DNA from: Candidatus Woesearchaeota archaeon
Lineage (GTDB): Archaea > Nanobdellota > Nanobdellia > Pacearchaeales > GW2011-AR1
NCBI GenBank assembly: GCA_964603295.1
Contig: CAZRUG010000011.1
Coordinates: 1-26,172, forward strand
Direction of reading: 5' to 3'
Length of the DNA: 26,172 bases
Each line of letters opens with the position of its first letter. Position 1 is the stretch's first letter. A program made the translations under genes and the position numbers. Below the pieces are notes generated by a model that was not told the DNA's origin, searched no databases, and worked only from the letters and a program-made list of their open reading frames with translations. Shown here piece by piece: positions 8,362 through 14,903 of this stretch.

Positions 8362-9951
8362 ATGCAAAGAAAATATGTGGTGATTACTGGTGGCGTGCTT
8401 TCTGGTTTAGGTAAAGGAATTGCTCTGGCAAGTATTGGAAATTTGTTGTCAAATAATTATAAAGTTGTGCCAATTAAGTGTGATGGTTACTTGAATGTTG
8501 ATCCTGGAACAATGAATCCTGTTGAGCATGGAGAGGTTTTTGTTCTTGATGATGGTGCTGAGGTTGATATGGATTTTGGGCATTATGAAAGATTTTTTGG
8601 AGTGACTTGCACAAGAGATTCAAATTTGACAATGGGAAAAGTTTTTGATGAAGTTAGAAAAAAAGAAAGGCGTGGAGATTTTTTAGGAAAAACTGTTCAG
8701 ATGATTCCTCATGTTAGAGATTATATTAAGGATTATATTATGAATGTAGGGGAGAAAACTGAAGCCGATGTTGTTGCTGTTGAAATTGGAGGGACAATAG
8801 GAGATATGGAAAATGAGTTATATCTTCATGCTGTTAGAGATTTGGCCAGAGAAGTTGGGAGAAAGAATATTGTTTTTAGTCATTTAACTTATGTTCCAAT
8901 TCCTTCTGGAGTAAATGAGCAAAAGTCTAAACCAACTCAACAAAGTATTGCTGATTTATTGCAAAGGGGTATCCAGCCAGATGTTGTTATTGCTCGTTGC
9001 TCTGAAATGCTTTCTGATTCTGTGAAAAATAAAATTGCTCAATTTGGAAATGTTAATCCAGAAGATGTTATTACAGGGGTTGATGTTAATGATGTTTATA
9101 AAATTCCATTAGTTTTTGAAGAACAGGGAATGTCCCAGTTATTAGCAAGAAAATTAGATATGCCTATTCATCCTGATTTGGGAGAATTAGAAAGATTAGT
9201 TTTATCTAAGGAGAATGCAAGCAAAGATGTTAGTATTGCGATTGCTGGAAAGTATACCCAGTTAGAAGATTCTTATGCTTCAATTATTGAGTCTCTGAAT
9301 CATTGTTCTGCACATTTGGGTGCTAAGATTAATGTTAAATGGGTTGAAACTTCTGAAGATTTTAATTTAAATGGTGTTGATGGAGTGATTGTTCCAGGTG
9401 GTTTTGGTTCTCGGGGAACAGAAGGAAAGATTGATGCAATTAAATATTGTCGAGATAATAATGTTCCTTTTTTAGGAATTTGTTATGGTTTGCAAATGGC
9501 TGTGATTGAATATGCTCGTAATATTTGTGGTGAAGCTGATGCAAATACAACTGAAGTTTGTGAAACTTGTAGTTTTCCTGTTGTGGATATTTTAGAGGAA
9601 CAAAAGAGCGTGACTGAGAAGGGGGGGACAATGAGGCTTGGTGCTTATCCTGCAAAGATTAAGCAAGGTAGTTTGGTTCATGAGCTTTATGATTCTTTAG
9701 AAGTTTCAGAAAGACATAGGCATAGGTATGAAGTTAATCCTAATTGTCATAAGATGCTCGAAGAAAATGGAATGGTTTTAAGTGGTTTGTCTCCTAATGG
9801 AAATCTTGCTGAATTTATTGAATTACCTCGAGAAACTCATCCTTATTTTGTTGCAACTCAAGCTCATCCTGAATTAAAATCAACTCTGAAAAAACCTGCA
9901 CCTTTGTTTATGGGTTTGGTTAGTGCTGCTTTGAAAAAGAAAGGGTTTTAG
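8362..9951 (+). CDS. pyrG: CTP synthase
   Basis: N-terminal synthetase domain (VVITGGVLSGLGKGI). C-terminal glutamine amidotransferase with GICYGLQ (Cys) and HRHRYEVN. Typical length of 529 aa. Confidence 0.97.
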   Translation: MQRKYVVITGGVLSGLGKGIALASIGNLLSNNYKVVPIKCDGYLNVDPGTMNPVEHGEVFVLDDGAEVDMDFGHYERFFGVTCTRDSNLTMGKVFDEVRKKERRGDFLGKTVQMIPHVRDYIKDYIMNVGEKTEADVVAVEIGGTIGDMENELYLHAVRDLAREVGRKNIVFSHLTYVPIPSGVNEQKSKPTQQSIADLLQRGIQPDVVIARCSEMLSDSVKNKIAQFGNVNPEDVITGVDVNDVYKIPLVFEEQGMSQLLARKLDMPIHPDLGELERLVLSKENASKDVSIAIAGKYTQLEDSYASIIESLNHCSAHLGAKINVKWVETSEDFNLNGVDGVIVPGGFGSRGTEGKIDAIKYCRDNNVPFLGICYGLQMAVIEYARNICGEADANTTEVCETCSFPVVDILEEQKSVTEKGGTMRLGAYPAKIKQGSLVHELYDSLEVSERHRHRYEVNPNCHKMLEENGMVLSGLSPNGNLAEFIELPRETHPYFVATQAHPELKSTLKKPAPLFMGLVSAALKKKGF

Positions 9952-9967
9952 ATAATCTTTTAAACGA

Positions 9968-9973
9968 TTTTTT
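9968..9973 (+). terminator. Oligo-T tract downstream of pyrG
   Basis: TTTTTT lies 17 nt after the pyrG stop. Archaeal termination commonly uses oligo-T. Confidence 0.25.
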
Positions 9974-9992
9974 CTAATAAATTAAATACAAA

Positions 9993-10090
9993 GGCTTCGT
10001 AGCTCAACTCCCAAGCCCAATTGGGTTATTAAGTTACGCAAGCTAATAAAATCAATTGAACATTGCTCGGCCTGGTTTTATACCAGTCTT
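9993..10090 (+). pseudogene. Degenerate tRNA-Lys 5' fragment A, interrupted
   Basis: GGCTTCGTAGCTCAA matches 14 of 15 nt of the start of the intact tRNA at 10192. After a ~57-nt insert, GCTCGGCCTGGTTTTATACCAGTCTT is a decayed match to the D-arm and anticodon-stem region. No 3' D-stem strand, T-arm or 3' acceptor strand is present. Confidence 0.6.
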
Positions 10091-10112
10091 CGCTTGATTG
10101 ATTAATTAAAAT

Positions 10113-10137
10113 GCTTCGTAGCTCAGCCTGGTTAGAG
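10113..10137 (+). pseudogene. tRNA-Lys 5' fragment B (tRNA positions 2 to ~24)
   Basis: GCTTCGTAGCTCAGCCTGGTTAGAG is identical over 25 nt to 10193-10217 and then diverges completely. An AT-rich TTAATTAAAA lies immediately upstream. Confidence 0.65.
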
Positions 10138-10191
10138 TGAAAACATCTCAAGAAATTTTCCTGCAAACCATTCTGAACTACCTAGTACTAA

Positions 10192-10286
10192 GGCTTCGTA
10201 GCTCAGCCTGGTTAGAGCACCAGACTCTTAAGTAAGAAATTACATGAGGAATCTGGGTGTCGCGGGTTCAAATCCCGTCGAGGCCA
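10192..10286 (+). tRNA. tRNA-Lys (anticodon CUU) with a ~20-nt intron at the canonical 37/38 position
   Basis: Hand-folded cloverleaf. Acceptor GGCTTCG/CGAGGCC (one G-U pair), D-stem GCTC/GAGC, anticodon stem CCAGA/TCTGG, loop CTCTTAA. Intron approx. 10231-10250. T-arm GCGGG-TTCAAAT-CCCGT, discriminator A. CCA is not encoded. Confidence 0.85.
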
Positions 10287-10287
10287 T

Positions 10288-10626
10288 ATGACAATAAAGT
10301 TCTGTCCTAAATGTAAAGGGATTTTGATTCCCAATAAAGTCTGTGATAAAAAATTACTTGTTTGTGATGGTTGTGGTTTTACTAAAGAAGTTGATATTTT
10401 AAGTTTAAAATCTAAAGAAGAAATTAAATCTGAAAAAGAAAAAGGCACTGCTGTTGGTGAAGAGAAAAATGTTTTTGCAACATATAAACATAAATGTGAA
10501 AAGTGTGGTTATGACAAGTGTGAGTTTATAGATTTAGGTCCGCAGATTTCTGATGAAGATGAATTGATTTTGTTAAAGTGTGGAAAGTGTGGGCATGTTG
10601 AAAGAGTTGGAAGAAAGGTTGCTTGA
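10288..10626 (+). CDS. Divergent TFS/RpoM-like double zinc-ribbon protein (TFS paralog)
   Basis: N-terminal ribbon FCPKCKG...CDGCG. C-terminal ribbon CEKCG...CGKCGH, with the acidic stretch QISDEDE where canonical TFS has QTRSADE. The start codon begins 2 nt after the tRNA discriminator base. Confidence 0.6.
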   Translation: MTIKFCPKCKGILIPNKVCDKKLLVCDGCGFTKEVDILSLKSKEEIKSEKEKGTAVGEEKNVFATYKHKCEKCGYDKCEFIDLGPQISDEDELILLKCGKCGHVERVGRKVA

Positions 10627-10649
10627 GAGTTTTCTATCTAGAAATATTT

Positions 10650-10958
10650 TTATCCATATTCTTTCCAAGTTTCTCCGCACTTTGTGCATTGAAAGAATTT
10701 TGTTTCTGCTTCATCTGAAGCTCGAGTTTGAATTGTCCAGAAATATGCTTTGTCGTTTTTACACTTGTTGCAGTTCTCTGTTGTGATTGGTCGAGTGTCA
10801 AATTGTTTGTCTTTCATAACTACAACATCTTTTGACTTGTCAATTTTTTCAGAAGATTTCATTCCTTCAGAATCTTTTGAAGAATAGTTACATCTTGGGC
10901 AACCAAAATTCTTTGTTTTCTTTATTAATATTGCGCCACATTTAGGACAAAATTGCAT
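10650..10958 (-). CDS. tfs: Transcription factor S (transcript cleavage factor)
   Basis: MQFCPKCG...CPRCN N-terminal ribbon. C-terminal ribbon CNKCK...QTRASDEAET...CTKCGETW carries the acidic hairpin. 102 aa. Confidence 0.85.
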   Translation of the reverse strand: MQFCPKCGAILIKKTKNFGCPRCNYSSKDSEGMKSSEKIDKSKDVVVMKDKQFDTRPITTENCNKCKNDKAYFWTIQTRASDEAETKFFQCTKCGETWKEYG

Positions 10959-11022
10959 TTTTATTATAACCTCTAAAAGTTTATTCTTTGTTGGAAAGAA
11001 TTAGGGTTTTTAAAGTTTGGGA

Positions 11023-11643
11023 TTACTCACAAAAACCTTTATTATAGTCTGGTTGCATATGTTCAAAAAAAATGAGTTTTACCCATCCTGCATAAGGTGC
11101 TATTCTTATAACTGCCTTTCCCATTAATTGGTCTTCTGTAATTGATTTTTCTTCTGAAAGTTGTCCTGAATTATTGTCCCCAATTGTTGAGAAAATATAT
11201 TCTTCTGAGGTTTTTTGAATTTTTACAATTCTGTGAATTAAAGGATTTTGCCTTCCTGCTTCAAAAATTATTACATCTCCGACTTTAAGATTTTCTGGTT
11301 TTGCTTCTATAATAAATAAAATGTCTCCTTTTGTAAATCCTTTTTTAAAATTAAAATTATTAAAATCATTTTTAGTTATATTGAATTGGGAGTATTTTGT
11401 TTCTAAAGGTTGCCACCAATCATTTATGTTTGAAAGAAAATTTCCTTGATGATGCATTGAGCAAGATTCAACAATTGCCAAAGGAAGTTCAGTTCCTGTT
11501 GTAAATTCCAGAGCAGGAAATAATATAAATTTAATTAAAATAATTATAAAAATTAATGATATAAACCATCCCCTGGGAGAATCATCTTGCCAAACATAAA
11601 ACCAAAACTTATTCAAAACTTCTTTTATTTTTTTTAAATTCAT
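11023..11643 (-). CDS. Signal peptidase I, archaeal/ER (Sec11, S26B) type
   Basis: N-terminal TM segment, Ser motif (VESCSMHH), GDILFI/GDVIIF boxes, His motif (LIHRIV) and GDNN. Confidence 0.8.
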   Translation of the reverse strand: MNLKKIKEVLNKFWFYVWQDDSPRGWFISLIFIIILIKFILFPALEFTTGTELPLAIVESCSMHHQGNFLSNINDWWQPLETKYSQFNITKNDFNNFNFKKGFTKGDILFIIEAKPENLKVGDVIIFEAGRQNPLIHRIVKIQKTSEEYIFSTIGDNNSGQLSEEKSITEDQLMGKAVIRIAPYAGWVKLIFFEHMQPDYNKGFCE

Positions 11644-11725
11644 TCTATTATTTAGTTGTTTTTGTTTTTAAAATATACTGTCAACTATTTTTTGGATACT
11701 ACAGCTGGAAATTAATTCCAAAACA

Positions 11726-11733
11726 TTTAAATA
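11726..11733 (+). promoter_or_regulatory. TATA box (TTTAAATA) upstream of the ZnR-AbrB/Cdc48 operon
   Basis: Consensus-like archaeal TATA element in the intergenic region, 14 nt upstream of the paired motif at 11748. Confidence 0.4.
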
Positions 11734-11747
11734 ATATATCTAACTCT

Positions 11748-11768
11748 GTATATACGTAAGGTATATAC
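11748..11768 (+). promoter_or_regulatory. Operator-like paired motif GTATATAC-N5-GTATATAC
   Basis: Two identical self-palindromic 8-mers, 13 nt centre to centre, just downstream of the TATA box. A related pair sits at 14509-14527. Confidence 0.5.
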
Positions 11769-11805
11769 ATATCCCAACCCTTTTTCAATCTTATATTTAA
11801 CAAAG

Positions 11806-12186
11806 ATGGCAGATATATTTGACAACAAAATTTTATGCAGTAAATGCAACAAAGAAATGCAAAAAGCAAAGATTGCAAAAAAAGGATTTTTGTTTCGGGC
11901 TGTAATTTGTTCGCAATGTAATCAAAGAATAATTCATCCTGCTGATGAGCAAGAATACTTAAGATTTAGGGATTTGCAAAATAAAGAGTTTAAAGTTAAA
12001 ATGCGTTTAGTGGGAAATAGTTATGCTGTTTCAATTCCAAGAGAGATAATTAATTTTATGCAAGAGCAGGAAAAGATTTTTAATGACATGGTGCGATTGT
12101 GTTTTGAGGATTTTGGCAAATTAAGTTTAAATTTTGAAACCCAAAAACAATTAAATAAACAAAACTCAAAGAAAAAAGATGACTAA
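11806..12186 (+). CDS. Zinc-ribbon plus SpoVT/AbrB (MazE-like swapped-hairpin) domain protein
   Basis: CSKCN...CSQCN ribbon. [22 protein letters not shown] then matches the GNSxAVxIP signature of MazE/AbrB domains. Its stop overlaps the Cdc48 start by 8 nt (ATGACTAA). Confidence 0.7.
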   Translation: MADIFDNKILCSKCNKEMQKAKIAKKGFLFRAVICSQCNQRIIHPADEQEYLRFRDLQNKEFKVKMRLVGNSYAVSIPREIINFMQEQEKIFNDMVRLCFEDFGKLSLNFETQKQLNKQNSKKKDD

Positions 12187-14488
12187 AGACTTTCAATTAA
12201 AAGTTGTAGAAGCACAGCAAGATGATGCATATAAAGGCATTGCAAGAATTGATTCTGAAATAATGAGAGAACTTGGTGTTCGAAGAGGAGATATAATTAC
12301 AATTAAAGGAAATAGATTGACTGTTGCAATTGTTGATAGGGCTTATCCGGCAGATGTTGGAGAAGGAATTATTCGAATTGATGGTATTTTAAGAAAAAAT
12401 GCAAAAGCTGGTTTAGGAGAAATGGTTGCTGTTTCAAAATCAGAGGCTAAAGAAGCGAAAAAAATTGTAATTGCTCCTGCTCAAAAAGGGTTGGTAGTAC
12501 AAGGTGATCCAGAAAGTTTGAAAAAAGGTTTATTAGGAAGACCATTGGTTAAGGGAGATGTTTTTGTTTTGGGAGGTGTACAAAGAAGAAGAGATTTATT
12601 TTCAGAAATGGGTCTTGGAGATATGTTTGGGGAAGAAATGGGAAATATTTTTGGTAATCTTGGAGGAGGAATTGCACAGATTAAATTTGCTGTTGTAAGT
12701 TCTAGTCCTGGAGGAGCAATAATGGTAACTGAAAATACAGAAGTTTCATTAAATCCAAAAGCTGTTGAAACTATTGAAGAAAATATTCCTACAATTAATT
12801 ATGAGGATATTGGTGGTTTAGAAGAAGAAATTAAGAAAATTAGAGAGATGGTTGAGATTCCAATTAAACATCCTGAAATTTTTCAAAAACTTGGTGTAGA
12901 ACCTCCTAAGGGAGTTTTGTTGCACGGACCTCCTGGAACAGGTAAAACACTTTTAGCAGAAGCTGTTGCAAATGAATCAGATGCTCATTTTATTTTATTA
13001 AATGGTCCTGAAATTATGTCAAAATTTTATGGGGAATCTGAGAAAAAGATTAGAGATATTTTTGAAGAAGCTGAAAAAAATGCACCTGCAATTATTTTTA
13101 TAGACGAGATTGATGCAATTACTCCTAAGAGAGAGGATGTTTCTGGAGAAGTTGAAAGAAGAGTTGTTTCACAGTTATTAACAATGATGGATGGTTTAAA
13201 GGCAAGAGGAAAAGTTATTGTTATTGGTGCAACAAATCGTATTGGTGGAATTGATCCTGCACTTAGAAGACCTGGTCGTTTTGATAGAGAAATTGAGGTT
13301 GGTGTTCCAAGTAAATCAGGTAGATTGCAAATTTTAAAGATTCATAGTCGAGGAATGCCTTTAGCAAAAGATGTTGATTTAGAAAAACTTGCTGGATTAA
13401 CACATGGTTTTGTTGGTGCTGATTTAGAATCATTAACTAAAGAGTCTGCAATGAATGTTTTAAGGAAAATGTTGCCTAAACTTCAATTAGATATTGAGGA
13501 ACCAATTTCTCCAGAGATTTTAGAAAAGCTTTTAGTTAATCACTCTGATTTTACAGATGCTTTAAAGATTGTGCGTCCATCTGCAATGCGAGAGGTTTTA
13601 GTTGAAACTCCAAATGTTGAATGGAAAGATGTTGGGGGGTTGGATAGTGTTAAACAAGAATTGCAAGAAGCTGTTGAATGGCCAATGAAACATCCAGAAA
13701 GTTTTAAGAGAATGGGAATTCGGCCTTCTCGAGGGCTCTTACTTTATGGTCCTCCTGGAACAGGTAAAACTCTTTTAGCTAAAGCTGTTGCAAAAGAATC
13801 TGAAGCAAATTTTATTCAAGTTAAAGGACCTTCATTGTTAAGTATGTGGGTTGGTAAATCTGAAGAAGGTGTAAGAAAGATTTTTGAAAGAGCAAGACAG
13901 GTTTCTCCATGTATTGTTTTCTTTGATGAAATTGATTCATTAGCAGGTAAGCGAGGAGGAGAAGGAGGAACTAAAGTTACTGAAAGAGTCTTAAATCAAA
14001 TGCTTGCTGAAATGGATGGATTAGAAGATTTAAATGAAGTTTTAGTTATTGCTGCAACAAATAGGCCAGATATGTTGGATACTGCGATTTTAAGGCCGGG
14101 TAGATTTGATAGAATTTTATTAGTTAATGCTCCTGAAGAAGAAGGAAGAATTAGTATTTTGAAAATTCATACAAAAGAAATGCCAATTGGCGACGGAAAA
14201 AAGTTATTTACTGAAAAAGAAAAATTAAAATTCTTAAATGAAATTGCAAAACAAACTCATGGCTATACTGGTGCTGATTTGGAGTCTTTAGTAAGGGAAG
14301 CTGCAATGTTGGCATTAAGAGAATCAATTAAAGCAAAACAAGTAACTAAAAAACATTTTGAAGAAGCATTGAAAAAGATTAAACCAAGTATTAGTGAAAA
14401 TACAATTAAGATTTATAAAAAAATTGAGGACAATTATCTTAAATCTGCTAAAGCTGCAGTGCCAACTGAGGCTGGTTATTTTGGATAG
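12179..14488 (+). CDS. cdc48: Cdc48/VAT/p97-type AAA+ ATPase, paralog 1
   Basis: VAT-N-like N-domain. Two AAA modules, each with GPPGTGKT, a DEID/DEID-like Walker B and RPGRFDR. Pore loops KFYG and MWVG. Ends in GYFG. Confidence 0.95.
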   Translation: MTKDFQLKVVEAQQDDAYKGIARIDSEIMRELGVRRGDIITIKGNRLTVAIVDRAYPADVGEGIIRIDGILRKNAKAGLGEMVAVSKSEAKEAKKIVIAPAQKGLVVQGDPESLKKGLLGRPLVKGDVFVLGGVQRRRDLFSEMGLGDMFGEEMGNIFGNLGGGIAQIKFAVVSSSPGGAIMVTENTEVSLNPKAVETIEENIPTINYEDIGGLEEEIKKIREMVEIPIKHPEIFQKLGVEPPKGVLLHGPPGTGKTLLAEAVANESDAHFILLNGPEIMSKFYGESEKKIRDIFEEAEKNAPAIIFIDEIDAITPKREDVSGEVERRVVSQLLTMMDGLKARGKVIVIGATNRIGGIDPALRRPGRFDREIEVGVPSKSGRLQILKIHSRGMPLAKDVDLEKLAGLTHGFVGADLESLTKESAMNVLRKMLPKLQLDIEEPISPEILEKLLVNHSDFTDALKIVRPSAMREVLVETPNVEWKDVGGLDSVKQELQEAVEWPMKHPESFKRMGIRPSRGLLLYGPPGTGKTLLAKAVAKESEANFIQVKGPSLLSMWVGKSEEGVRKIFERARQVSPCIVFFDEIDSLAGKRGGEGGTKVTERVLNQMLAEMDGLEDLNEVLVIAATNRPDMLDTAILRPGRFDRILLVNAPEEEGRISILKIHTKEMPIGDGKKLFTEKEKLKFLNEIAKQTHGYTGADLESLVREAAMLALRESIKAKQVTKKHFEEALKKIKPSISENTIKIYKKIEDNYLKSAKAAVPTEAGYFG

Positions 14489-14493
14489 TAAAA

Positions 14494-14501
14494 TTTATAA
14501 A
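14494..14501 (+). promoter_or_regulatory. TATA box (TTTATAAA) upstream of the sHsp/Cdc48-2 pair
   Basis: Lies in the 49-nt gap after Cdc48-1, 7 nt upstream of the paired motif. Confidence 0.4.
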
Positions 14502-14508
14502 TAAAAGT

Positions 14509-14527
14509 GTATACATTAGGTGTATAC
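14509..14527 (+). promoter_or_regulatory. Operator-like paired motif GTATAC-N7-GTATAC
   Basis: GTGTATAC-ATTAG-GTGTATAC. The two palindromic boxes are 13 nt centre to centre, the same geometry as 11748-11768. It sits between the TATA box and the GGAG/ATG of the sHsp-like gene. Confidence 0.5.
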
Positions 14528-14537
14528 GGAGAATAAA

Positions 14538-14903
14538 ATGGGATTTTTTGATAATGATCCATTTGAAGATATAATTAAAGAATTTTTTAGTGGAAGGTCT
14601 GGAAGTAATGTTAGTTCACGAACTTTTAGAAATAATATTGAAGAATCAAGTAATTTTGTCCAAAGTGATAAAAATGTTTATTTTGTTTTAGATTTATCTG
14701 GAAAACAAAGTGTTAATGTTGAGGTTAAAGATGAATTAGTTAGAAATGAATATGGTGAACAAGTTCATACTGGAAAAAAAGCCCTTGTAATTAAAAGTTC
14801 AGAGGGAGATGTTTTACAATATGCTTTGCCAAAAAAAATTAAATCAAAGAATTTCCATTGGAATTTTAAGAATGGAATTCTTGAAGTGAAGTTTAAAAAA
14901 TGA
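14538..14903 (+). CDS. Small heat-shock protein (Hsp20/alpha-crystallin-like)
   Basis: I prefer the ATG at 14538, with GGAG 7 nt upstream, over the track's GTG at 14520. NVYFVLDLSG...VNVEVKD...YALPKKIKSKNF...NGILEVKFKK follows the alpha-crystallin domain pattern. 4-nt ATGA overlap with the next gene. Confidence 0.6.
   Translation: MGFFDNDPFEDIIKEFFSGRSGSNVSSRTFRNNIEESSNFVQSDKNVYFVLDLSGKQSVNVEVKDELVRNEYGEQVHTGKKALVIKSSEGDVLQYALPKKIKSKNFHWNFKNGILEVKFKK

Noticed and set aside
9440-9655. 71-aa minus-strand ORF inside pyrG, and similar antisense ORFs at 16129-16575, 18114-18302, 20262-20468, 23379-25083 and 25457-25993
   Set aside because: All are antisense to strongly supported genes and have no independent evidence.
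10212-10448. 78-aa minus-strand ORF
   Set aside because: It runs antisense through the tRNA-Lys gene and the TFS paralog, so it is spurious.
10580-10786. 68-aa plus-strand ORF
   Set aside because: It overlaps the 3' ends of both TFS-type genes, which have clear zinc-ribbon signatures.
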